Below are positions 28,379-39,790 of a stretch of 64,000 bases of DNA, one piece after another (position 1 is the first letter of the stretch; every line of letters starts with the position of its first letter). Both the position numbers and the translations under genes were made by a program. This DNA is from an uncultured delta proteobacterium (GTDB taxonomy: Bacteria; Desulfobacterota; Binatia; Binatales; Binataceae): positions 359,779-423,778 of the forward strand of contig CAWESZ010000003.1 in assembly GCA_963811865.1 (NCBI GenBank), read 5' to 3'. Below the pieces are notes generated by a model. That model did no database searches. It saw nothing but the letters and a program-made list of their open reading frames with translations, and was not told where the DNA came from.

Positions 28379-28477
28379 ACAGCGCCGAGAATTGCGAAAT
28401 ACTGCTGCTACCCGAGATTGAGCGGCAAAACCGGCAGGGCGGCCGGACCCAAGTGACCCGCTCGATACATTCCGAAC

Positions 28478-30049
28478 ATGCTTGAACTCGAGTGGATTTT
28501 AGTCTTGCTCCTGGGTGCAGTCCTGTTGGCCGCCCTGGCGCGCAGGATTGGATGCTCCCTCACCGGCACTGCTGGCGCTCGGCGGTGCGGCAGTTGCCCT
28601 TGTAAAGCATGGACCGCGCTTGTCTCTCGACCCGGAATTGGCGCTCGCGTTGTTTGTCGCGCCGGTCCTGATGGACGCCGCGTTCGACAGCTCGTTGCGG
28701 GATCTCCGCGAGACCTGGTTTCCCATCAGCTGCCTGATCGTGATCGCAGTCACGGTGACGACCTCGGCGGTAGCCTTGGTGGCTCACTGGCTGGTGCCTG
28801 CCATGCCCTGGTCGGTCGCCGTCGTATTGGGTGCCGTAGTGGCGCCGCCCGACGCAGCCGCCGCCACGGCGATCCTGAAGGAAGTCAAGCTTCCCCATCG
28901 GCTGATGGTCGTCCTGGAAGGTGAAAGTCTTCTTAACGACGCCAGCGCCCTGCTGATCTACAGGCTGGCCGTCGCGGCCACGGTCGCGCACCTTGGCTCT
29001 GCGCGCCGCGGTGGCTTTGACCCTGGCGCTGGTTCTGGCCGGCAGCGTTGCAGTGGGCGTCGTTTTCGCGCTCGTGTCTCGACAACGTTGTGCCGCGTTT
29101 TTCCGATGTGCCCAGTTCGATCATCATGTAATCATCGGCACCTTTGGCGTGTGGATTGTTGCCGATCGCCTGGGCCTGTCCGGCGTGTCGACGATCGTGA
29201 CTTTTGCCGTCATCGTGTCGCGCCGCTCTCCGTTCCGGATGCCGCCGCGGTTCGAGTGCCGTCTTATGCGGTCTGGGAAACGGTAGTCTTTCTGCTCAAT
29301 GCGCTCGCCTTCGTCCTGATCGGCCTCCAAGTCGGCCCGATTCTGGACCGGCTTGGTCCCGCGCAACGCGTACCAGCTTTCGCCTTCGCGGCAGCCGTGC
29401 TGGTCACCACTATGCTGGCGCGGGCCGCCTGGGTAATGACCTGCAACCGGGCCCTATGGCTGACCAACCTTATCCTCGCGGAACGCACCCCGCAAACGTT
29501 TGCCACGCCACCGCTCAAACGCGCTGCCGTCGTTGCATGGTGCGGAATGCGCGGCATTGTAACGCTCGCGGCCGCACTCGCTCTGCCTAACGGATCAGGC
29601 GGCGCGCCGGCTTTTCCTTATCGTGACGTGATCGTGCTGACCGCTTTCACCGTCGTTTTGGGCACGCTGGTTATACAGGGTCTCTCACTCCGTCCGCTGG
29701 TGCTGGCGCTGGGACTGGACGAAGACGAAGCGGTCGGAGACGAGACCCGCGCTGGCCGGGAAGAGATATTCAAAGCCGCGCTGAGAGTCTGGGTGAGCTG
29801 GACACCGAGGCGGCTGCGGCGCTACATCGCGAATACTCGGACGTATTGGGCCGCGTCGACGGTTCCGGCGGACCGCGGCCGGAAGCACGCCAGGCTGAGG
29901 CGGCTATGCGCGAACGCTCCCGAGCCGCAGCGCGCGAAAGGCTGGCTCAGTTAAGGCTCACCGGCGTGATAGCCGATTCAACTTTTCAGCAATTGGAAGC
30001 CGAGCTGGACCTGGTCGAGCTCGCCGCAGAAGTCCGCAGCCGCTGGTGA
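28478..30049 (+). pseudogene. CPA1-family Na+(K+)/H+ antiporter (NhaP-type); at least five frameshifts
   Basis: Segments in three frames: MLELEWILVLLLGAVLLAALARRIG / ...LALFVAPVLMDAAFD...LLNDASALLIYRLAVAATVA / ...GVWIVADRLGLSGVSTIVTFAVIVS / ...AVWETVVFLLNALAFVLIGLQVGPILDRL...GMRGIVTLAAALALP / C-terminal ...LTGVIADSTFQQLEAELDLVELAAEVRSRW* (ORF 29846..30049). Confidence 0.7.
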
Positions 30050-30067
30050 GCCCCCGCCGGCGTCGGG

Positions 30068-30830
30068 TCATTCTCTGCGCTTGGTGCCCTCCAGGACCTC
30101 GAACGGGCTGCGGCGCCGCTCGCGCCTGAGCAGGACGTAGGTCGCGCCGGCGCCGCCGTCAGCCGCCCGCGCGCTCGCGAACGCCAGCACGTATCCCGCC
30201 AGCGCCCGCTGCGAGAGCCAAATCGTCGTCGCGTGCTTCAACACCGGATGGCCGCCCGGTGAGCGAAGGCCCCGGCCGTGCACCACCAGCACCATCCGCA
30301 GCCCCTTGCGCACCGATTCCAGAATGAAAACCGTCAACGCTTCTTTCGCGGCGCTCTGAATCTTGCCGTGAAGATCGATATGCGCCTGGACGGCGAATTC
30401 GCCCCGCCGCAGCCGCGTAACCAACCGTGGATCGAGCCCGACCCGCGCGCCTTCGACGTACTCGTCGGTCTCGCTGATATCGAACGGGGCCTGTCCCGAT
30501 ATCAGGTCGGAGAGCTGCGCGAGCACCTCGGAATCCTCGCTGACGATCGCGCGAGTCACCTCGGGTTCGAGCGGATCGAGTCCTGCCGACGCCGTCGAGC
30601 GGCCGCACGCCTTCCAGCGCCGCGCGCAGAATCGCCGCCTCGTCCGGCGCGCCGGCCTCACTCGCGGCTGCTGACGAGGCCGATGCGCCTTTAGCCTCCG
30701 GCTTGGCCGGTGCGCCGCGCGCATGTTCCTGGAGCAGTTTCTTGAGACCCTTGAAGGGCGACGTGAAGACCGGTTTGGGAGTCTTCGGCCGCTTCGGCTC
30801 GCGCCGATCGGATTTACGTTTCTTGCGCAC
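30068..30830 (-). pseudogene. Smr-domain protein (small MutS-related endonuclease-like); one frameshift
   Basis: C-terminal Smr domain FAVQAHIDLHGKIQSAAKEALTVFILESVRKGLRMVLVVHGRGLRSPGGHPVLKHATTIWL in ORF 30068..30724. The N-terminal basic region (VRKKRKSDRREPKRPKTPKPVFTSPFKGLKKLLQEHA...) is in ORF 30159..31079. Tentative GTG start 30830. Confidence 0.55.
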
Positions 30831-30999
30831 CCTGCCAGAGGATATCCTACGTTCGCGATGCGCGAAGCGTAAACCGGTTCGCAAAACGATACCGCATCTC
30901 GCGCCGTTCGTACTCACAAATGCCGCACCAGCGTCGCCTATCTCCCGGCTTGCGCAGAGGCGACCGAGCGGACTGAGAAACGCTGAAACCGGAGCTTTG

Positions 31000-33477
31000 A
31001 TGCGTAAAGCCCTTGCTGTCGCGGGCGCCGTGATCGTGTTGCTCGTCGCGATCCTGGCGTTCGCGATCCTGAGCCTCAACCGTATTATCAGCGAAGACCG
31101 CGCCTATGTGCTGGGCAAGCTCAGCGCCGTGCTCGGGCGCCCGTCGAGGTACAGGACGTTACCGCCAGCCTCGGATGGGGCGTCGTGCTGGATATCACCG
31201 GGCTCCAGGTCGCGGATGATCCGGCCTTCTCGCCATTGCCGATGGTGCAGGCGTCGGAGGTCGTCGGCGAAGCGGACTTGCTGCCACTTCTGATCGGCCA
31301 TCTGCGCCTGCGCCGGCTCGTATTCAAGGACCTGCAGGTCGAGTCGTTCGCGATCAGGGTGGCGAGGTCAATTTCGCCGTGCTCGGCAAACATCGGCGCG
31401 CGAAAGCGCCGCCCTCGGGAACTTTGGCTCCAGCCAATCCGCCGGCCGGAAAACCCTCCAGCGAGGTCGCCGAGACTGCCCCGCACGCTGAAAAGAAGCA
31501 CTCCAATAATATGGCCGCGCTTGAGCGATTCGCGCTCGATACCTTAAGCATCCAGAATGCGACGGTCTCCTATACCGACCTCGCCATCGGCGGCGAACCG
31601 CTTCAAGTGACCGCGATTGATCTGAAATCAGCCAATTTAGCGCCACTCAACCCTTCGCTATCGCGGGCAAGCTGGCCACATTCGCCGCCGATCAGAATCT
31701 GGTGTTGTCGGGCGAGATTGGTCCGCTGGTGGGCGACGACGGCAAGCTCGACACGCGCGCGCTTCCGCTCGATCTGAAGGCCTCGATCGGCCCGATCGCG
31801 CTGGACGAATTGCGTCAGATCGCGGCCCTCGCCCGCGTGATTCCCGGCCCGCTTATCGATCTCCGATCCGACGCAGGCGACGGCGACGGTTACCGGCAGT
31901 CCGGTCGCACTCAACTTCAGCCTGGACGGCGGACCTCAGCGCTTCGCGCGTCGCGTACGGCTCGATCTTCGACAAGCCCGCGAGCGTGCCGCTCAAACTC
32001 TCGGCTGCTGGGTCGCGCTCCAACGGCGCGATCGGTATCGATCTGGCGACGCTCACGCTCGCGAGCCTCGAACTGAAAGCCTCGCACCTTCGCATCGGCG
32101 ACGGCGCGATCCAGGTCCGCCTCGACAGCAACCGCTTCGATCTGGCATCAATCGGCAGCACGCTGCCGGTGTCGGCTCGATACAACCCCTCCGGCGCCGC
32201 GGAACTTCACGCCGATGTGCACGCATCGAACTCGAGGCGGTCCGGCGGCGGCGCCCCCTCTGGAGGCGCAGGGGACGTTGGCGTTTACGAGCGTGACCCT
32301 CAAGCCAACCGGTGGCGCGACCGCCGCGGTCGCCAATCTGAGCGGCAATATTCGCTTCACCGGCAACGGCGCCGTCATCGAGCCAACCAGTTCGATCTGG
32401 GCTCGGGCCACGCCCGGATGCAAGCCGAGGTTGGCTCGTTCGATCCACTCAAGGGAAATTTCCAGTTCAACGATGACGCGCTGAAGGTCGCCGAGATCGT
32501 GCCGTCCGAAAATCCGGGACGCCCGAAGAGCTGCGTCAATTATCGGTGGCCGGAACCTTGGGCGGAACGATGAGCGCGCCACAGCTGGATGCGAACCTCA
32601 ACTCGTCCGCCGGATCGATCAACAACGTCGCCTATCAGAATCTGGCGCTCACCGGCGGGTACGGAGATCGACGTGCTGATGTCCGATCACTCAAGCTCAA
32701 CGCGTTCGGCGGCGCGATTGCCGCGTCCGCTACGGCCACGATGACGCCGGCGCGTCCGTTCGAAGCCAGGCTCAGCCTTGACCATATCGACATCCAACAA
32801 GCGCTCGCGTCGCAGAAGTCCAAGGCCGCCGATACGATACGCGGCTTGCTCACCGGGCAAATTCAGCTCTCGGGAAGCGGGGCTGAATTCGAGCAAATCA
32901 AGCCCACGCTACTCGGCGCGGGGAAAGCTTCGATTCAGGACGGCAAGCTGCTCGGCATCAATGTGGTCGCGCAGGGGATGAAGAAGGCGCACGGAATTCC
33001 CGGGATCGGCGATTTGGTGACCCCCGCGATCATCGCGCGCCATCCCGGGGCTGTTCGCTTCACCCGACACCGACATCTCTCAAGCCAGCCTGTCGTTTAC
33101 GATCGCTGACCAGCAGATCGTCTCGCACGATATCAAAGTGCAATCGCCCGACTACGGTGTCGAGGGCGACGGCCGCTTCGACTTCGACCAGCACATCGAC
33201 CTGAAGGCGCGGATTGTTATCGCCAAAGAGCTGAGCGGTGAGCTACGAGGCGAACAAAAGGGCGATCGTGCTGCTGACCAACAAGCAGGGCGAAGTCGAG
33301 ATTCCGCTTCAGATCGTGGGAATGCTGCCCAAGCCCAAGGTCGAGCCGGACATTCAAGCGATTGCCCAGAACGTGCTGGAGGGCAAAGCCAATCAGCTAC
33401 TGGGCGGTATTCTGGGTAAGAAACACAAGGGCTTGGGCAAGCTGTTCGGCGGCTCGCTCGACAAGCTGTTCCATTAG
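31000..33477 (+). pseudogene. AsmA-family outer-membrane biogenesis protein; at least eight frameshifts
   Basis: N-terminus MRKALAVAGAVIVLLVAILAFAILSLNRIISEDRAYVLGKLSAVLGRP (signal-anchor typical of AsmA). Successive fragments in all three frames carry AsmA-like blocks (..LDITGLQVADDPAFSPLPMVQASEVVGEADLLPLL.., ..ATVSYTDLAIGGEPLQVTAIDLKSANL.., ..IRGLLTGQIQLSGSGAEFEQIKPTLLGAGKASIQDGKLLGINVV..). C-terminus ..KLFGGSLDKLFH* at 33477. Confidence 0.6.
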
Positions 33478-33571
33478 CGGAAGGTTCGGACCCCCGGTGT
33501 AGTAGGCGAGCTTCACACGGGCCGGCACGGAGGCCGGCCCCTACCCAATTTAGCAGCCTTATTCAGAGTAG

Positions 33572-33593
33572 TGGCCGGCGTCCCTGCCGGCCA
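33572..33593. terminator. candidate bidirectional stem-loop terminator between convergent AsmA and cyclase genes
   Basis: TGGCCGGC G TCCCT GCCGGCCA inverted repeat. No clear U-tract. Confidence 0.25.
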
Positions 33594-33652
33594 TCCGATC
33601 TCCAAAGCCGCCCACTACCGGAGCGCCACGATAACGACCCGGCTTCAGCGCG

Positions 33653-35715
33653 TCACTTATCCAGGCCGACTTTTTTCAGCAACGCGATGAAGCGCGGCTC
33701 GGAACGAAGCGGGTCGTAGATCTTATCGACCTTGAGGTAGAGCGGCCACCACGAGCGGGCCTCGTAGGCCTTCTCCAGCCCGTCCAGGGCGCGCTGCTTA
33801 TCGCCGATACCTAGATAGATGAGCGCGCTGCACGATGGCGAGACGAATCGGCGCGAAGACATCTGGTTCAGTTCCGCGATGGTCGCCCGGGCCTTGGCGT
33901 GGTCGCCTGACGCCGCGTAGGCGTACCCAAGAAAGCCTGCGACGAAAGGAGGAGAATCCATCGTCCGCGCTTTCTCCAGTTCCACGATCGCTGCGCCGAA
34001 GCTGCCCGCCTCGATGCCGATCCACCCGAGAGTAAACTGACAGAGAAAGGAATTCGGATCCAATTCCAATCCTTTGCGGGCCTGCTCCTTCGCTGCCTCG
34101 TGCTTACCCTGGAGCATAAGCGTCCAAGCCAGGCCATTCGTGTTCCCGGAGGAGAGGGGGTCCAGTTCCCTAGCACGCCTGACTCGGCGAGGGACTCATC
34201 GAATCGCGCTTGATTCGACAAGAGATAGCCATACCATTCATGGGCAAAGGCATAGCTGGGATTGAGCGCTATCGCCCGGCGAAACTCACGCTCGCCTCCC
34301 GCCCAATTCAAGTCGTATTCATACAAAATGACAGCCAGTGAAGCGTGAGCTTCGGCGAGGGAATCGTCAAGCTGCAGGGCTTTTTCCACTGCCGCCTTCG
34401 CCTTTGGCATCACCTCATTGGCCGGAACATACCAGTCATCATCTACAGAGTAAGCGTCGGACAGCCCGGTGTACGCGGGCGCGAAGTTTGGGTCCAACTT
34501 GATCGCCAACTCGAACTGCTCAATGGCTTGGTTGGTTCTTTCCTCAGTGTAGCTGCCTAAGTAATAGCGACCCTTGAGATAAGCCTCGTGGGCCTGGGGA
34601 TTGACCGGGCGGGCCTTGGCGAAGCCCGCCTGCTCATCCGGCGTCAGCTCGATATTGATCTGGCGGGCGATCGCCAGGGACAACTCGTCTTGCAAAGCCA
34701 GTACGTCACGCGAGTCGCGCTCGTAACTGTCCGCCCACAGATGCTTGTCCGCCGGCGCATCGATCAACTGGGCGGTGATCCGCACGCGGTCGCCCGAGCG
34801 GACCACGGAGCCTTCCACGACCGCATCGACGTTGAGCAGTTTGGCGATCTCGGGCGTCGGCGGCCGGTCAGCGCCCTTGAATTGCATCACCGAGCCCCGC
34901 GAGATCACGCGCAGCGCGCTGATCTTCGCGAGGTCGGTGGTCAGCTCGTCGGTCATCCCGTCGGCGAAGTAGTCCTGATTTGGATCACCCGAGAAATTGT
35001 CGAGCGGCAGGACGGCGATCGAGCGGATGAGCCGCGGCTGGGTGGCGACCTGCGGCGCTGAGCCCGATGCGGACAACCGCCATCTTGCGATCTCATAGCC
35101 GAGCGCCGCGATGAGCAGCACCGCGACGCCGGTCGCGAGCACACGGCTCGTCGATCGGGTGATCCGCTCGGTGCGCCGCGGCTCGGGAAGCGTGGCCGCA
35201 GCCAGGGCGTAGACGCGAATCGGGCGCGGGACGTTCTTGAGCCGCTTCTCACCCAAGTCTTTGACGGGCAGCTCGGGCTTGTTGCGGATCTCTTCGTAGA
35301 CGCGCTCCGAAATGTAGATGCCACCGGGCGGCGCCAGCGCTTGGAGCCGCGAGGCGACGTTCACCCCGTCGCCCAGCACGGTGTTGTCGGCGAATAGCAC
35401 GTCGCCGACGTGAATTCCGATCCGCAGCCGCAGCTCGGGGTCATCCTTCAGGGTGGCTTGCAGCTCGCGCGCGCAGCCCACCGCATCGACCACGCTATGA
35501 AAGCTGGAGAGCGTGCCGTCACCGATCTCGCCGATGAGGCGGCCGTTGAATTTGGGGAGCATCGCGCGCAGGTATGCGCGATGGTCGCGGATGGCCTGGA
35601 CGCCCTTCTGCTCATCGCGGCCCATGATCGCGGTGTAGCCGACCACGTCGCTGAACATGATCGCGGCGAGTTCGCGGGTCGGACTGCTGGTCGGTGGATC
35701 GGATGAAGTTGCCAA
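33653..35715 (-). pseudogene. class III adenylate/guanylate cyclase - TM - TPR-repeat protein; at least one frameshift in the TPR region
   Basis: N-terminal cyclase catalytic domain AAIMFSDVVGYTAIMGRDEQ...RIGIHVGDVLFADNTVLGDGVNVASRL. A TM helix, then TPR repeats that continue in ORF 33653..34117 (..YLKVDKIYDPLRSEPRFIALLKKVGLDK*). Confidence 0.65.
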
Positions 35716-35878
35716 TGGCGTTCGCGCTCTTTGATCAACAGTCTAGTCGCGATTCGGTTGCATTGCGTCACCAGCCTTCCTTCCCGTCCCGCTGAACGAA
35801 ATCAACCGGCGGGCGAGTGATACCGTTGCGAATCATCGTGCAAAAAAGATATGATTTTTCTGGGTTTTTAAGTCGCCC

Positions 35879-36504
35879 GTGTTCACCGGAATCATAGAAG
35901 ATTCGCGACCGTCCAGAGTGTCGAGCCGGCCAATCAGGGTGCCTTGCTGACGCTACGGACGGCGTTGCCGCTGGCGCGAATCAAGATTGGCGACTCGATT
36001 GCGGTCAGCGGCGCGTGCCTCACGGTGACCGCGAAGGGACGCGGGACGGTCGCGATGGTGGCCGTCGCGGAGACGCTGCGCCGCACGATCCTGGGCGGAC
36101 TCAAGCCCGGCGATCGGGTGAATCTGGAGCGCTGCCTCACGCTCGCCAAGCCGCTCGATGGCCATCTGGTGGCCGGGCATGTCGACGGCGTCGGGCGGCT
36201 GGTATCGATCAAGCCCGAAGGTGATTCGCGGCTATGCACCTTCGAGGCGCCCGCCGGCACGGTCCGCTATCTGATCGAGAAGGGGTCGGTGGCGATCGAC
36301 GGAATAAGCCTGACGGTGTTTGGCGTGCGCAACCGGCGCTTCAGTTGCGCGCTGATCCCGCACACCCTCAAAACGACGACGCTCGGGCTCAAGCATCCGG
36401 GGGCGATGGTCAATATCGAGAGCGATATGCTCGGCAAGTACGTCGAGCGATTCATGAACCAGCGCGGCGGAAACGGGACCGCGATCACGCCGGGGATCGG
36501 GTAA
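35879..36504 (+). pseudogene. ribE: riboflavin synthase alpha subunit; frameshift near codon 8
   Basis: GTG 35879 VFTGIIED then (other frame) ATVQSVEPANQGALLTLRTALPLARIKIGDSIAVSGACLTV...GHVDGVG...IDGISLTV, the two lumazine-binding repeats of riboflavin synthase. One base missing near 35900. Confidence 0.75.
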
Positions 36505-36509
36505 GAACC

Positions 36510-36998
36510 ATGAGCCTGATGCAGATCCCCCGCAAGATCGAATACGCGCTACGCGCGATGATTCATCTGGCGGACAATCCCGACGGCGTCGCACGCGGGC
36601 TCGAGATCGCCGAACAGGAGCAGATTCCCAAGTACTTCCTCGAGAAGGTGATCCGCGACCTGATGCATCGCGGGCTGGTGCGGGCGCGTCGCGGTCCGGG
36701 TGGCGGATATCAACTCGCGCGCGCGCCCGAAACGATCTCGTTCAAGGATATTATCGAGGCGGTCGAGGGCCCGATCGCACTCAACGTCTGCATGGACGGC
36801 AGCAACAACTGTGGGCTCAAACCATCCTGCCGGATGTTTCGAGTATGGGAGCAGGGACAGCACGTGCTGCTCGAGGTCTTCTCACGGACAACATTGCGCG
36901 AAGTCGTCGACGCGGAACTGCCGGGCCTAACACCCAAGCCGATGCACATCCGGCCGCCCATCTCGGAGAGTGTCGCGACCGCGACCGGCAAGCCGTAA
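36510..36998 (+). CDS. Rrf2-family (IscR/NsrR-like) transcriptional regulator with three-Cys Fe-S ligand motif
   Basis: MSLMQIPRKIEYALRAMIHLA... wHTH, then CMDGSNNCGLKPSC (Cys x5 Cys x5 Cys). ORF-track 36234..36998 trimmed to internal ATG. Confidence 0.75.
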   Translation: MSLMQIPRKIEYALRAMIHLADNPDGVARGLEIAEQEQIPKYFLEKVIRDLMHRGLVRARRGPGGGYQLARAPETISFKDIIEAVEGPIALNVCMDGSNNCGLKPSCRMFRVWEQGQHVLLEVFSRTTLREVVDAELPGLTPKPMHIRPPISESVATATGKP

Positions 36999-37079
36999 GC
37001 CCGATGCCCCTTCAACCGAACGCTACTGCGAAGTGAACTTTCCCCGCGTCGCGCTGTCCGCGGGCACTAGCCGCAAGCC

Positions 37080-38255
37080 GTGAGCGCCCTCGAAGCATTC
37101 TCGGAGGCGGAGTTGCGGCCCGCCGCCCCTTCGACATTCACCGAGAAGACCTTCTATCTCGAGGAATTCTACGGCAAGAGCCTGCTGTTCGCGCTGATTC
37201 CACCGAGTGCCGAGCGGATGAGCGATCTCGATTCGCTGGTCCGCGCGCTGCGCGAGCTGCGGCGCAACCAGACGCGATGCATCGTGATCGTCTCGATGAG
37301 TGCGCTGCCGCGCCTGATGCGCCGGATGGGCCGGCTCGCGCCGCAGGGACCGCCCCCGATGATCGAACCCGGTGCGCGGGATGCGCTCGCGGCCGTATCC
37401 GCCGGACTCGGCGGTCGCGCGGATCTGGCGGGGGTTGCGCACCGGATCGATCATCGTCGCCGCGACCGAAACCGACGACGCCGCCGACCTCACGATCTTC
37501 GCACAGGAACTCGCGAGCCGCCTGATGGTTTTCAAGCTGGTTCTGCTCGACCGTCAAGGCGGGCTGACCGCCCGCAACGGCGACCGCCTGTCGTTTGTCG
37601 AAGGCCGGCGCATCAACCGCGCGCTGCGTCAGACGCGCGCGAAGCTCCGCCGCACGATTCTGCGCGCCACCGGCCGCGCGCTCAAGGACGGCGTCGGATC
37701 GGTCAATCTCGCCGCGCCGCGAGACGTGTACGAGGAGCTGTTCAGCTACATCGGCACTGGCACGCTCTTCACGGCGCAGCAGTACGGCCAGGTCGGGCCG
37801 ATCGCGATCGACGACTTCGGCGAGGTCGAGGCGCTGATCATGCGCGCCCAGAGCGAGGGTTTTCTGCTCCCGCGCACCGGCGAGGCGAATCGCGGAAATT
37901 TTGCCGTCGTGCTTCGGGTATCGGATCGGGGACGAGCATCTGGCGGGGATCTGCTCACTGTTGACCGAGCCCTACCACCGCGAACGGGCGGGCGAAATCA
38001 CCGCGCTGTACACGCTCACGCGCTTCCAGGGCGAAGGTGTTGCGGCTGAACTCGTGCAGGCAAGTGATGACCGAGGCGCTCGCCCGCCGCTTGCGCTACG
38101 TCTTCGCCTGCACTAGCGCGGAACGCGCGGCGCGCTTCTTCACGCGGCTGGGGTTTCGCCGGGTGACGGCCAGCGAGGTGGCCGGGTCGAAGTGGCGCGA
38201 CTACGATCGGGCGCGGATCGCGCGGCTCGCGATCTTCCGCGCCGACCTCGACTGA
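37080..38255 (+). pseudogene. amino-acid N-acetyltransferase (ArgA-like: amino-acid-kinase-fold domain + GNAT); at least three frameshifts
   Basis: Fragments FYLEEFYGKSLLFALIP.. / ..GSIIVAATETDDAADLTIFAQELASRLMVFKLVLLDRQGGL..FTAQQYGQVGPIAIDDFGEVEALIMRAQSEGFLLPRTGE.. / ..YRIGDEHLAGICSLLTEPYHRERAGEITALYTLTRFQGEGVAAELV / ..FACTSAERAARFFTRLGFRRVTASEVAGSKWRDYDRARIARLAIFRADLD*. Confidence 0.5.
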
Positions 38256-38299
38256 GCTTCCGCGCCGAACCTGTCGATGGGCTCCAGCATTGATCCTCC

Positions 38300-39772
38300 G
38301 CGATGGCGGCGAATCGCTGAGTCGCCTCGTCCGCTGTCCTCACGCTCCATCGGCTGGACGCCGCCGACGTTTGCGGCGATAACGAAGCGATCGAGGGCGT
38401 GTTCGTGCAGCAGATGGTCGAGCACGGCGCGCTACTTTTCCCGCTGCTCAACGGCCGCGACCCGATGTACAAGCCGCCGCTGTTCCATTGGACCGCGGTC
38501 GCGCTCGACCATGCGCTCGGGATTCGCAAGGTCACCGCGTTCAATCTGCGCCTGCCGGCGGCGCTCTACGCGACCGCCGGGGTCATCCTCACGATGGCCT
38601 TCGCTCTGAGCGTGCTTGGCCCGGCCGGCTCGATCATGTCCGGGCTGATCCTGTGCGGATCGTATCAGTACGTGAGCCAGGGCCGAATCGGCCGGGTCGA
38701 CATGACGCTCGCCTTCTTCGAGACGCTGGCATTGTTCTCGTTTCTCCGCTGGTACTTGCCCGGCGGTCGCGCTCAAGCGAATCAACCGCAGCGCGAAGCT
38801 GGCGCGCGATCCGGCACACTCTACGTTTTCGCGCTCGCGCTCGGATTGGCGGTCCTTGCCAAGGGTCCGGTGGGTGCGATTCTGCCGCTCGCGTCGATCG
38901 GAGTGCTCCTGATCGTCGAACGCCGGCTCAACGAAGTCCGGAAGCTGCTCCATCCCGGCCCGATGATTGTTGCGCTGGCGGTCGGTTCGAGCTGGTATCT
39001 GGCCTGCCTCTACGGGCGCCGTTACGGCTTTTTGCATCGGCAGCTTGGCTCCGAGAACTTCGGGCGGTTTTTCGGCTCGCTCGGTGCGATGCCACCTTGG
39101 TACTACGTCGGGCCGATCCTGCTCAATTCCGCCCCGCTCAGCCTGATGGTCCCGATCGCGGTGGCTGCGGCTATTGGGTTCCCCCTTCCCGTCTTTAGGG
39201 AAGGGGGTCAGGGGGTTAGGTCGCGGAGTGCCGTCCGTTTGCTCGCGATTTTCTGGGTCGTCAGCGTGGCGTTCTTCTCGATCGCGGCCTACAAGCGCCG
39301 CGCCTATCTGCTGCCGCTGTGGCCGGCATCCGCCGTGATGCTCGCGTGGGGAATCGAGACGTTGCGGGCGCATCGGATCGGCAGGCTCGCGCGTCCTGTG
39401 GTCGGGGCGATCTGCGCCGGCCTGATCGTCTTCAACTTTGCCTACCTGCCACACCGGGAGATCGCGAATTGCGGCGACGACTCATTTCGCGACGCGGCGA
39501 CTCAGATCACCCGGGTCGTCGGTCCCGATGAACCGCTGTTCCTCTACGGGATCGAAGGTGACGCGGCGCCGCTGCTGTTTTATCTCGATCGTGACGCGAC
39601 GCCGCTGTCCGGCAAGCTCGGCGACGCGCCCCCCGGCTACGTCATCTTACCCGCCGCGGTCTGGAGGGCGCATCGGCTCGAAGCGCTGGAGCTCGAGCCG
39701 GTGCTGACCATCCGCTCGGGCGCCCATCCGCTCGTCCTGCTGCGACGGGGCAAGGTGTACGTGGAACGATAG
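38300..39772 (+). pseudogene. GT-C glycosyltransferase of the ArnT/GT83-GT39 type; frameshift(s) in the N-terminal region
   Basis: 457-aa ORF 38399..39772 begins inside the conserved first periplasmic loop (..MVEHGALLFPLLNGRDPMYKPPLFHW). The preceding ..LHRLDAADVCGDNEAIEGVF (D-E motif region) is in another frame. True start uncertain. Confidence 0.5.
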
Positions 39773-39790
39773 AGGCGCCGGGGCCCCCGG

